From assembly GCA_015064845.1 (NCBI GenBank), contig SVRL01000004.1, positions 14,398 through 78,397 of the forward strand: a stretch of 64,000 bases of DNA, read 5' to 3'. The position numbers and the translations under genes were made by a program. How positions within the stretch are numbered: the first letter of the stretch is position 1; the number at the start of each line of letters is the position of its first letter. The DNA comes from Oscillospiraceae bacterium. Lineage in GTDB: Bacteria > Bacillota > Clostridia > Oscillospirales > CAG-272. Below the pieces are notes generated by a model that was given only the letters and a program-made list of their open reading frames with translations, made no database searches and was not told the DNA's origin. Of this stretch, positions 15,841-24,365 are shown piece after piece.

Positions 15841-16542
15841 ATGGAAAAAAAGAATATAAAAAAAGCCATTTCTATACTTTATGATATGGAACTTCATAAT
15901 TACAAAATGACTAGAACAATTCAAAGATTGAACTATGAAATTTCTTGCTTAGGAAATTCTAAAAAAATCTATGAACCGAAAGAACCCAACCGTCCCAACG
16001 TATCTCGTGAACCGATTGGTTGTTTATCTCCTATTATTGGAATTATCATAGGTGCATTTGTGGGTATTTTTATAGGAGTTCTTACAGATCAATTTTTGCT
16101 AACTGCTTTTTGGATACTAATTTTAGGTCCACTGATAGGTTGTGGTCTTGCTTGCTTAATAACTTTTTTGATTAATGATTCAAAACGAGAAGAAGCTGAA
16201 GAAAAATTATATCAACAATATCTATCTTCGTATAAAGCAAGTAAAAGGAGATATTTAAACTTAGTTGAACTCGATAATATAAGAGTCGAAAAAGAACTTC
16301 GCAAAAAATCGATACTGCTGACCGAAAGAAACGAATTGATTACACGCCAACAAAAAGCTGAAAAAATTCTAACTGAATTTTACTTGAGAGTAGGTATTGA
16401 TAAAAAATTCAGAAGTTTGATTCCAATAAGCAAAATGCATGAAATCGTATCTTTGGGAATTACAACGGAATTTTATGGTGAAAACGGACTGAATGAGAGT
16501 GAGAAGGGAACTTCGCGAGGACGCGTTTTACATAAAACTTGA
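15841..16542 (+). CDS. Hypothetical membrane and coiled-coil protein; possibly the 5' part of a frameshifted gene
   Basis: AT-rich ORF with two TM helices (IIGIIIGAFVGIFIGVL, FWILILGPLIGCGLACLITFLI) and then a charged coiled-coil-like region. RBS GGGAGGA. It overlaps the next ORF by 50 nt in a different frame. Confidence 0.55.
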   Translation: MEKKNIKKAISILYDMELHNYKMTRTIQRLNYEISCLGNSKKIYEPKEPNRPNVSREPIGCLSPIIGIIIGAFVGIFIGVLTDQFLLTAFWILILGPLIGCGLACLITFLINDSKREEAEEKLYQQYLSSYKASKRRYLNLVELDNIRVEKELRKKSILLTERNELITRQQKAEKILTEFYLRVGIDKKFRSLIPISKMHEIVSLGITTEFYGENGLNESEKGTSRGRVLHKT

Positions 16543-16786
16543 TGAAATTTCACAAAAACTTGATACCATTATTGATAAAACAGACAGACTCTACGGTGAA
16601 ATTCTGAACTTGAACTCGCAATGTGAAACACTGATCGGCGAGACCATGAAATCTGCACAAATTGCAACGGACAACAATATTCTTTTGAACGAAGCGGTAA
16701 AAAATACGGAAATCGCAGCTTATAATAGCGAACGAATTGCAGCAGAACAAAAATATCAAAGTTTTATGATGACTTATGGTTATTAA
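16493..16786 (+). CDS. Hypothetical coiled-coil protein; either a separate overlapping gene or the 3' part of a frameshifted gene
   Basis: Heptad-like sequence (LDEISQKLDTIIDKTDRLYGEILNLNSQ). The ATG is immediately preceded by an in-frame TGA, and the ORF is in the +1 frame relative to 15841-16542. Confidence 0.45.
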   Translation: MRVRRELREDAFYIKLDEISQKLDTIIDKTDRLYGEILNLNSQCETLIGETMKSAQIATDNNILLNEAVKNTEIAAYNSERIAAEQKYQSFMMTYGY

Positions 16787-16840
16787 CAACATCAAAATAC
16801 CCCTTGGGTCAAAACAGGATTTGCTATTATTTCATTATTA

Positions 16841-16870
16841 ACGGGACGGCAATGCCGTCCCGTTTCTCTT
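16841..16870 (+). terminator. Terminator after the 16493-16786 ORF
   Basis: ACGGGACGGC with GCCGTCCCGT, followed by a T-rich run. Confidence 0.65.
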
Positions 16871-16881
16871 TGCTTCGCAAC

Positions 16882-16911
16882 AAAAAACCACGGAAAAATT
16901 CCGTGGTTTTT
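16882..16911. terminator. Bidirectional terminator, serving the minus-strand gene at 16941-17243
   Basis: AAAAAA, CCACGGAA paired with TTCCGTGG, then TTTTT. Confidence 0.7.
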
Positions 16912-16940
16912 CTGATCTTTGATGTTATTTTCAGTGCAAA

Positions 16941-17243
16941 TTAAGCTTCTTCCGTGGTATCGTTGCCGAAAAGTTCGGTATCGAGATCAAGGTCTTCGCC
17001 GCAGCAATCGCAGTCACAGCAGTCGTAATCTTCATCGCAATCCAGGCAACCGAAGGAAAGCTCTTCATCCTTCTTACAATCGTAGAGGAGATAGCCGCCG
17101 GCAACGCCGCAAACAGTCGCAAGAGCCATAAATGCGCCTGCAAGGCTCTTCTTCTTACCTAGAAGAATAAAGAACATGAACATTGCGCTTACAGCCTGAA
17201 CGAGAAGAGAAACGCCTACAAAAAGTTTGGTTTTCTTGAACAT
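16941..17243 (-). CDS. Small two-TM protein with an acidic, Cys-rich C-terminal tail
   Basis: Two hydrophobic helices are followed by DCKKDEELSFGCLDCDEDYDCCDCDCCGEDLDLD, with 8 Cys in about 30 aa. I do not recognise the family. Confidence 0.6.
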   Translation of the reverse strand: MFKKTKLFVGVSLLVQAVSAMFMFFILLGKKKSLAGAFMALATVCGVAGGYLLYDCKKDEELSFGCLDCDEDYDCCDCDCCGEDLDLDTELFGNDTTEEA

Positions 17244-17346
17244 GATAATAATCCCCTTTCTATAATTATTTTATTGTTTTATTATTTTTATAACGCCAAA
17301 GCCGTAAAGACACAAGCACTACATTTTCGCTCGATCAGCGAGCGAT

Positions 17347-18450
17347 TTACGCTTTGCTTTTCAGATAAGCGTTGATAAAACCGTCGATTTCGCCGTCCAT
17401 AACGGCATCGATGTTACCGTCTTCATAGCCCGTACGGGTATCCTTCGCCAAAGTATAGGGCATGAATACGTAAGAACGGATCTGAGAACCCCATTCGATT
17501 CTCGTTTTTTCGCCGCGGATATCTTCAATACGGTCAAGATTTTCTCTTTCCTTGATTTCCGCAAGCTTACTTTTCAGCATACGCAATGCGGTTTCCTTAT
17601 TTTGAAGCTGGCTTCTTTCCGTCTGACAGCCGACAACAATACCTGTGGGCTTATGCACAATACGGATTGCGGAGTCGGTTTTGTTGATGTGCTGACCGCC
17701 CGCGCCGCTGGAACGGTGCGCCGTTACTTCAATATCCTCTTCACGGATTTCAATATCCACGCTGTCATCGAGTTCGGGCGTTACTTCCACGGAAGCAAAA
17801 GAAGTCTGTCTTCTGCCGGAAGCATCGAAAGGAGATACGCGGACCAAACGATGAACGCCGTGTTCGCTCTTCAGAAAGCCGTATGCGTGCGTACCTTCCA
17901 CGATAAAGGTTGCGCTTTTCAATCCCGCTTCATCGCCGTCCAGCCATTCCAGAAGTTTCACGGTAAAGCCGTGATTTTCTGCCCAACGGGTATACATACG
18001 GTAAAGCATGGAAGCCCAGTCCTGCGCTTCCGTACCGCCTGCGCCGGGATGGAAAGAAACGATGGCGTTGCAGGAGTCGTATTCGCCCGAAAGCAAGGTT
18101 TCCAAACGCATACGTTCTTCGATTTCCGTGATTCTTTCAAGCTCTGCAAGAACTTCTTCCACAACACTCTCGTCGTTTTCTTCAATGCCCATGTCTGCTA
18201 ACATAATGGCATCGTCCAAAGCAATCTGCAAATTCTCATATTCTTCTATGGTATCTTTGATTTGTTTGAGTTCTCTCAAAATTTTGCTCGAATTCGCCGC
18301 ATCATCCCAAAAGTTCGGAACCAGAGTTTTCTGCTCCAATTCTTCCGCTTCTTCGCTGATTTTTTCGATTCTCAAAGCATTTCCGAGCTCGGCGATATCG
18401 CCTTTCATTCCCTGAAGCGTTCTTTTCGCTTCTTCCAACTGAATAATCAA
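17347..18450 (-). CDS. prfB: Peptide chain release factor 2, in a single frame with no programmed +1 frameshift
   Basis: VSPFDA (SPF motif), SSGAGGQHINKTDSA (GGQ motif). The N-terminal segment homologous to other RF2 proteins (..GNALRIEKISEEAEELEQKTLVPNFWDD) is in the same frame. TTG at 18450 is preceded by GGAGGA 6 nt upstream and gives 367 aa. Confidence 0.9.
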   Translation of the reverse strand: MIIQLEEAKRTLQGMKGDIAELGNALRIEKISEEAEELEQKTLVPNFWDDAANSSKILRELKQIKDTIEEYENLQIALDDAIMLADMGIEENDESVVEEVLAELERITEIEERMRLETLLSGEYDSCNAIVSFHPGAGGTEAQDWASMLYRMYTRWAENHGFTVKLLEWLDGDEAGLKSATFIVEGTHAYGFLKSEHGVHRLVRVSPFDASGRRQTSFASVEVTPELDDSVDIEIREEDIEVTAHRSSGAGGQHINKTDSAIRIVHKPTGIVVGCQTERSQLQNKETALRMLKSKLAEIKERENLDRIEDIRGEKTRIEWGSQIRSYVFMPYTLAKDTRTGYEDGNIDAVMDGEIDGFINAYLKSKA

Positions 18451-18561
18451 TGTTTGTCCTCCGATTTCTGCTGTATCATCAAAGCATTCCGCTCGGGAAT
18501 ACTTCTTTTTACTGTTTTCCTCATGCAAACGGATCGATTTGCAATCCGCCTTCATATGTTT

Positions 18562-18590
18562 ATTATACCAAATATGTTTCCGTTTGTAAA
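18562..18590 (-). promoter_or_regulatory. Sigma-A promoter of prfB
   Basis: The minus strand reads TTTACA, a 17-nt spacer, then TATAAT, with TGg at the extended -10 position. Confidence 0.65.
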
Positions 18591-18615
18591 CTGTTTTTTG
18601 CAGAGATTTTGAAAA

Positions 18616-19005
18616 TCATTCGCATTCTTTGTGTTTTTTGCAGGGGCTTTCAAACATACCGGTAAGATCGGCAAAAAGCGCGCCGTCTTTTTCACGGAAA
18701 CCGACCGCCATTGCGCCTCTTGTCTTTTCACCCTCGAAATAAGCGGTATGCACACCGCAAAGATCAATGAAATTCAAAGTTGCGCGACCCATGATGATCA
18801 AAGCCTCAAGGTCGTCCACACCATCCGTATTACAAAGATCGTAAAGATATCCGTTATCGTTTTTAATGCGGAATTGACAAATACCGATGGGTTCTCCGTT
18901 TTCATAAGCGGAATACGCCAAAGCGGACGGACGGTAAACCGTTTTGCAAAGCTCACAAAGCATTTTCTGCTGATTTTTATCCTGAATCGGTTTGATTTCC
19001 AACAT
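18616..19005 (-). CDS. Hypothetical protein, possibly with a GNAT-like fold
   Basis: Clean 129-aa ORF between rluB and prfB. No confident motif; the fold suggestion is a weak impression only. Confidence 0.45.
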   Translation of the reverse strand: MLEIKPIQDKNQQKMLCELCKTVYRPSALAYSAYENGEPIGICQFRIKNDNGYLYDLCNTDGVDDLEALIIMGRATLNFIDLCGVHTAYFEGEKTRGAMAVGFREKDGALFADLTGMFESPCKKHKECE

Positions 19006-19026
19006 AACCGTTTTTCCTCGTTTTCT

Positions 19027-19737
19027 TTATTTTTTCAAAGATTCCACCTGTGCTTTTGTGAGATGTCTCCATTCCCCCAAAGACAGATTACCCAATTTGA
19101 CATCTCCGATGGAAATGCGTTTCAACGTCATGATATGCAAAGAAAGCTGTTCGCACATTTTGCGTATCTGACGGTTTCTGCCTTCAAAAAGCTCCATTGC
19201 AAGCACGGTATAATCTTGTTTGCGCGTAATGACGGAAATTCCCACCGGTTTTGTACGATATCCGTCAATGACCATCGGCTTTCCGAGCGCTTCAATCTTT
19301 TCCGCGTCTATTTCTCCGCGTATTTTTACATGATAGATCTTAGGCTTGTGATACTTCGGATGCATAAGACGGTTCGCAAGTTCGCCGTCATTGGTAAAGA
19401 GCAAAAGTCCTTCGGATTCCAAGTCCAATCTTCCGATGGGATATACACGCACGCCGACGTTTTCCACCAGCTCGGCAACGCAGGGACGGCCTTTTTCATC
19501 GCTCATCGTAGTTACGTAGCCTACGGGTTTATTCAGCATGATATAAACTTTTCTCACGGCACCGCCCACACGCTTGCCCTTATATTCAACAACGTCCGTA
19601 TCCGGATTGATCTTCGTTCCCAATTCCGCAGAAACACCGTTTACCTTTACTTTTCCTTTTTTGATTTCTTCTTCCGCCGCACGTCTGGATAAAATTCCCT
19701 GCTCGGACAGAAATTTTTGAAGACGCATTTCTTCCAT
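19027..19737 (-). CDS. rluB: Pseudouridine synthase, RsuA/RluB family
   Basis: N-terminal S4 domain (RLQKFLSEQGILSRRAAEEEIKKGKVKVNG) and catalytic GRLDLESEGLLLFTNDG. Confidence 0.88.
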   Translation of the reverse strand: MEEMRLQKFLSEQGILSRRAAEEEIKKGKVKVNGVSAELGTKINPDTDVVEYKGKRVGGAVRKVYIMLNKPVGYVTTMSDEKGRPCVAELVENVGVRVYPIGRLDLESEGLLLFTNDGELANRLMHPKYHKPKIYHVKIRGEIDAEKIEALGKPMVIDGYRTKPVGISVITRKQDYTVLAMELFEGRNRQIRKMCEQLSLHIMTLKRISIGDVKLGNLSLGEWRHLTKAQVESLKK

Positions 19738-19757
19738 TGAAATATTCCTTTACTTTC

Positions 19758-20891
19758 TTATGATTCCCTTTTCCGCTCATTTAAAAACGGAAATATAATT
19801 TTCCAAAAATTTTTTTCTTCCCGATGAATCGGAACAGAATCCTGCGCATAAAGCAAAACCTCTCCGATTTTCACGCCGTCGGCATAAAAAACGTTTTTTC
19901 CGATTGCTTCTCCTTTTTCAACTCCCGCATATAAAAATCTGGGAAGTTCCGTCACAACCTTGATCTCTCCATGATTTTTCGGCAGTACCGCCGTAAGCGG
20001 TTCCCCGTTTTTTACCTCGACCGAGGAGACCTCGCCTCCGCAAACGGGGACAGTATAAGTAAACTTTCCCGCATCGGCAACCGTATTTTCCTCATAAAGT
20101 GAAAATCCAAAATCCAGCAGTGATCTGTGATCCACCCAATCGTTACCGTCATTCAACGTTACGCAAATCAAACGAACACCGTCTCTTTGCGCGGCGGAAA
20201 CGAGCGTTCTGCCGCATTTTTTCGTATATCCCGTCTTTACGCCGATGATATCGTCGTATTCTCTCAACAGACGATTGTGGTTAACCAAAAGCCTTGTTGC
20301 TTCTCCATTATGAAGCGGAATTGATTTTTTAACAGTGGAAACGATTTCAGCAAAAATCTCATTTTCCAGCGCTTTCGCTGCAATCAATGCCAATTCATAA
20401 GCAGTTGTATAATGCGTTTCTCCGTCCAAACCGTGTGGATTATCAAAATGCGTGGCAGTAAGCCCCATTTCATCTGCTTTTTCGTTCATCAAAGCAACGA
20501 AATCTTCCATCTCATCGCAAATCGCATATGCAATGGCTTCCGCGGCATCGTTTGCGCTTTGAAGCATAAGCGCATACAAAAGAGATTCCATGGTAATCTT
20601 TTCGTTTTCAAAAAGATAAACCGAAGAACCTTCCACACCGCAAGCGCGGGGATCCACGTTCACAAGCTGATCAAGCATACTGTTTTCCAAAGCCACCAGA
20701 GCCGTCATGATTTTGGTGGTGCTTGCCATGCCTCTTCTGCTATTCGCATCCTTTTCATACAGAATTTTTCCGTTTTTTGCATCGATAACCACCGCGCTTT
20801 TCGCGGAAATTTCAGGCGAAGCCGATACCGGAAGACCAAAAAGGAGTTGAGTGAGAAAGACCGCAAGCAATAAAACCGCTATTTTTTTCAT
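19758..20891 (-). CDS. D-alanyl-D-alanine carboxypeptidase (S11, PBP5/DacB-like)
   Basis: Signal peptide, ASTTKIMT (SxxK), SANDAA (SxN), KTGYT (KTG). Confidence 0.9.
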   Translation of the reverse strand: MKKIAVLLLAVFLTQLLFGLPVSASPEISAKSAVVIDAKNGKILYEKDANSRRGMASTTKIMTALVALENSMLDQLVNVDPRACGVEGSSVYLFENEKITMESLLYALMLQSANDAAEAIAYAICDEMEDFVALMNEKADEMGLTATHFDNPHGLDGETHYTTAYELALIAAKALENEIFAEIVSTVKKSIPLHNGEATRLLVNHNRLLREYDDIIGVKTGYTKKCGRTLVSAAQRDGVRLICVTLNDGNDWVDHRSLLDFGFSLYEENTVADAGKFTYTVPVCGGEVSSVEVKNGEPLTAVLPKNHGEIKVVTELPRFLYAGVEKGEAIGKNVFYADGVKIGEVLLYAQDSVPIHREEKNFWKIIFPFLNERKRES

Positions 20892-20969
20892 TTGAAATTC
20901 CTGCCTTTATCATATATAATCGATGCATATATATGAATAAGGCAGGAATGCTATGCCGAAACGTTTACT

Positions 20970-21482
20970 TTATTTCTGTTCGTCGGATTCGTCTGCAACG
21001 ATTTCCATTGCATCATCGGAAGTGGATTCGTCTTTTTTCTTTTTGGTAAAGACGTCCTTGATCTTGCTGATTGCTTCGGGAGCTTTGTCCAAAACGGTTT
21101 CAATTGCGGAACCGAGATCGGGAGCAGGCTTTGCAGCAGCTTCTGCACCCTTCTTGCCCGTCGGATTTGCAATATTCAGAAGTTCAACGGAACCGTCGGG
21201 AGAAACTACAAGAAATCCGAGAGGGATCATGGTAAGACCTGTGCCGCCGCCGCCGCTGAAGCTTGCTTTGCCGCTGGCGGTTTCTCCCTTCTGAGAATAG
21301 TCGTTACCGCCACCTGCGATACCGATGGAAACCTTGGAAACGGGAATAACGGTTGTTCCCGAAGCGGTTACGATCGGTGTGCCAATCACGGTGTTGGCAT
21401 CAACAAGACCGCGAAGGTTGTCAAGCGCGGTGTCAACGAGTTCATTTAATTTGTTTTTCTGTGTGTTTTTCTGATTATCCAT
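20970..21482 (-). CDS. ytfJ: Sporulation protein YtfJ (GerW family)
   Basis: VIGTPIVTASGTTVIPVSKVSIGIAGGG...GGGGTGLTMIPLGFLVV. Confidence 0.85.
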   Translation of the reverse strand: MDNQKNTQKNKLNELVDTALDNLRGLVDANTVIGTPIVTASGTTVIPVSKVSIGIAGGGNDYSQKGETASGKASFSGGGGTGLTMIPLGFLVVSPDGSVELLNIANPTGKKGAEAAAKPAPDLGSAIETVLDKAPEAISKIKDVFTKKKKDESTSDDAMEIVADESDEQK

Positions 21483-21501
21483 AATGTATTCCTTTCCGGC
21501 T

Positions 21502-22197
21502 TTAGCCGTTCTTTTTTATTGATGATGTTATAAAAGATTTGATGAATGTGAATATCACGCCGAAAACGACAGCCAATAAATCGTTTACGCATACGCTGAA
21601 ATCAATTTTCACGTTTGCTTTCGGTTTTTCTTCCAGAAAATTAACGTAAACACCGAAAGGCGCGTTTTTCACGATTTTAAAATTGATTGCTTTTTCCAAA
21701 CGCAAGAAAAGCGTATTGGAAAGCGTCTGTACCGTACCGTACATAACCGCAGTTTTTGCGGCATCCTCGGAAGCCACGCAAATTTCATAGGCGTGAACCC
21801 TGATTTTGAAATGCTGGCCGAGTTTTTTGAAAAGGGCAGTAACAATGTCCAAAAGCAAACGAACCCAGAAAACAATATCAATCTTTTTCTTTGGTTTTTT
21901 CTGCTGTTCTTCTCCGTTTTCCTTTTTCTTCTTTTTTTCTTCTTTTGATTTTTTGTCTTTTTTTGATTTTTTATCTTCTTTGGGCTTTTTTTCTTTTTTT
22001 GATTTTTGATCGGATTTTTTCTTATCTTTCGATTTCTTTTTCGTGGATTTCGGTCTTGGGAAAATAGGAATCTTCAAAAAGAGGATTCTGACCATAACGC
22101 TGACGTTCTCCCTTAAACCGACCGTAATGTGGATCGGCACGGAAAAAAGAAGGAAAAAGAAAAGAAAAATACCGAGAGCTATCCAAAGTCCTGTCAT
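21502..22197 (-). CDS. DUF2953/YtfI-like sporulation membrane protein with a Lys-rich low-complexity insert
   Basis: N-terminal TM helix, VPIHITV, the position upstream of ytfJ, and a long KSKDKKKSDQKSKKEKKPKEDKK... insert. Confidence 0.7.
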   Translation of the reverse strand: MTGLWIALGIFLFFFLLFSVPIHITVGLRENVSVMVRILFLKIPIFPRPKSTKKKSKDKKKSDQKSKKEKKPKEDKKSKKDKKSKEEKKKKKENGEEQQKKPKKKIDIVFWVRLLLDIVTALFKKLGQHFKIRVHAYEICVASEDAAKTAVMYGTVQTLSNTLFLRLEKAINFKIVKNAPFGVYVNFLEEKPKANVKIDFSVCVNDLLAVVFGVIFTFIKSFITSSIKKNG

Positions 22198-22745
22198 CCG
22201 CTTTCACCGCCGGCAATCGCAAGCGGAGGCAATTCCGAGATATCGGAAAGACCGAACACTCTCAAAAAAACTTCCGTCGTGCCGTAAAGACGGGGGCGGC
22301 CGGGAACATCCAAACGACCCATTTCCGTAATCAGCTCACGCTCCATCAAAACGCCGATGGAATACGCGCTTTCCACTCCGCGTACCTGATCGATATACGA
22401 ACGGGTAACGGGCTGATTATAAGCAATCACAGCCAGCGTTTCCAAAGAAGCTTTGGAAAGATTGCCGCCGTCCTTCACACCGAGCGTTTGCTTGACATAA
22501 GGCGCGAAAACTTCTTTCGTTACAAGCTGACAGGCATTTCCGAGCTGCAAAAGCTGAATTCCTCTGGGAAGTCCGCAGGATTCATATTCCTTCGCATATT
22601 CGCCGACCAGCTGCGCGATCTCTTTTTCGCTCACGCCAATGACATCCGCAAGCTTTGCGAAAGTTACCGGATGGCCTGCCGCAAACAGCACGGCTTCCAG
22701 AATCCTTTTGATTTCCTCGGGAGTCAAAATTTTTTCCTCGTCCAT
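22194..22745 (-). CDS. scpB: Segregation and condensation protein B
   Basis: ILEAVLFAAGHPV...LSKASLETLAVIAYNQPVTRSYIDQVRGV. Confidence 0.92.
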   Translation of the reverse strand: MDEEKILTPEEIKRILEAVLFAAGHPVTFAKLADVIGVSEKEIAQLVGEYAKEYESCGLPRGIQLLQLGNACQLVTKEVFAPYVKQTLGVKDGGNLSKASLETLAVIAYNQPVTRSYIDQVRGVESAYSIGVLMERELITEMGRLDVPGRPRLYGTTEVFLRVFGLSDISELPPLAIAGGESG

Positions 22746-22819
22746 AGCTTTTCCTTTCTTCTGTATTTTTTGAGATTTCTCTCGGTTCCGCGTATGCGGA
22801 TTTTTGCAAAAAACACATT

Positions 22820-23584
22820 TCAGGCTTTTTTGCGGTTATGATTCATATTAAACTCCAGAATCACATTGGAGTTGGTTATATCTCCGACCGCTTTCATCAA
22901 GGAAAGACGGCCTGCTTTGAGGAGTTCGAGAGTCGCATAAAATACGGCAATGATTTCCGAACGGCTTCTTGCCCCCTCAAAAAGCTCTTCAAAATGCGCC
23001 GTTCCCCTACGGTGCATAAAGCGAAGAACGGAAACGATCTTCACGGAAACGGGAACAATTTGCTTTTTGATGATAGGATGTATTTTTTCAATCGGACTTT
23101 CGTCCTTTTCTTCCCGTCTTTCGCCCATACGCAAGAGCATACGTTCCAAAGCTTTGGAAAGAACGTGAATATCCATGGGATCCAGGATTTCTTTATCGGG
23201 TTTGATTTCATCCGTGTCCTTTTCAAATCTGCCTGCAAAATCCTTTTCTCTGCCGGAAAGCCAATTTGCCGCTTCCTTTGCACTCTTATATTCCATCAAA
23301 ACGCGGACAAGCTCTTCTCTGGGGTCTTTTTCCTGCTTAGGGAGCAGCATTTTGCTTTTGATAAGCATAAGCTCCGATGCCATGGTAATAAATTCCCCCG
23401 CAATCTCCATATCCATGCGCTGCATGGTTTCCACATATGCCATATATTGCTCGAAAATCAAAGAAATTTTAATGTCCTTGATATCCATTTTATGTTTGGC
23501 AATCAAAGAAAGAAGCAAATCGAGAGGTCCTTCGTATATTTCGATTTTAAAAACAAGCTGTTCCAGAAAACACCTCCACGGCAA
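22820..23584 (-). CDS. scpA: Segregation and condensation protein A
   Basis: IEIYEGPLDLLLSLIAKHKMDI. The exact start is uncertain: TTG at 23584, with GGAGGTG lying inside the first codons. Confidence 0.88.
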   Translation of the reverse strand: MPWRCFLEQLVFKIEIYEGPLDLLLSLIAKHKMDIKDIKISLIFEQYMAYVETMQRMDMEIAGEFITMASELMLIKSKMLLPKQEKDPREELVRVLMEYKSAKEAANWLSGREKDFAGRFEKDTDEIKPDKEILDPMDIHVLSKALERMLLRMGERREEKDESPIEKIHPIIKKQIVPVSVKIVSVLRFMHRRGTAHFEELFEGARSRSEIIAVFYATLELLKAGRLSLMKAVGDITNSNVILEFNMNHNRKKA

Positions 23585-23608
23585 TACCGCCGATTTTGAT
23601 GATAATAA

Positions 23609-24346
23609 CTAAAATCGGAAAATGGGAATCCATTCTATCAATCGGAGCGTTCCGTTCAGAATGGCGCCGGTTACTGCGGAAAGTACTCCGTCAAAAACGC
23701 CGATCATCAGAAGCGCAAACATCGCAATCTGAATGACTCTTTCATAACGCATAATACCGAAATAGAATTTTACGGGAAGGAAAATAAACGCAATGCGCGA
23801 ACCATCCAAAGGAGGAATCGGCAAAAGGTTAAAGACGGCAAGGCTGGCATTCAAAATACAGAAATTCATTAAGAACATAAACCAAAGAAACATCAGCTTT
23901 GCGCCAATCTCTTCGGGAATTTCCAGTCCGCCCACACCTGCCCAAAGATTCCAGAAATAAGCAAAGGAATACTTGGGAGCCGTAGCAAGATCGTAAATAA
24001 AGTATGAAAGATGTACGAGAAACATGGAAAGAACCATCATAATCAGGTTGGAAACAGGTCCTGCCGCCGCAACCAAAGCCATATCGCGCCTCGGCTTTTT
24101 ATAATATCTTGCATTGACGGGAACGGGCTTTGCCCAACCGAAACGAAAGAATATCATGCAAAGCAAACCGATGGGGTCGATATGCTTGATAGGGTTGAGT
24201 GTCAGTCTTCCGAGGTTTCTCGCCGTCGGGTCGCCAAGCTGATAGGATGCCCAACCATGCGCACATTCATGAACCGCAAGGGTCAGAAATACGCCGGGGA
24301 TCGTCAACAAAAGAGAAATTATGTCCATTGCACTGAAATTCATCAT
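23609..24346 (-). CDS. M50 family (site-2 protease type) membrane metalloprotease
   Basis: HECAHG (HExxH) in a TM helix, polytopic, LLPIPPLDGSR. Confidence 0.85.
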   Translation of the reverse strand: MMNFSAMDIISLLLTIPGVFLTLAVHECAHGWASYQLGDPTARNLGRLTLNPIKHIDPIGLLCMIFFRFGWAKPVPVNARYYKKPRRDMALVAAAGPVSNLIMMVLSMFLVHLSYFIYDLATAPKYSFAYFWNLWAGVGGLEIPEEIGAKLMFLWFMFLMNFCILNASLAVFNLLPIPPLDGSRIAFIFLPVKFYFGIMRYERVIQIAMFALLMIGVFDGVLSAVTGAILNGTLRLIEWIPIFRF

Positions 24347-24365
24347 ATAAATTCCTTTCTTACCG

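Noticed and set aside
18372-18377. A CTTTGA hexamer inside prfB, at the position where the RF2 frameshift site (CUU UGA C) normally occurs.
   Set aside because: In the frame where CTT TGA are codons, upstream stops (TGA) occur within 10 codons and there is no start. The RF2-homologous sequence on both sides is in a single continuous frame (GCT TTG AGA = A L R). It is therefore not a functional frameshift site, and at most a relic.
21883-22056. Repetitive T-rich DNA, considered as a tandem-repeat or CRISPR-like array.
   Set aside because: It has no constant-length repeats with unique spacers. It is in-frame coding sequence for a Lys-rich low-complexity linker.
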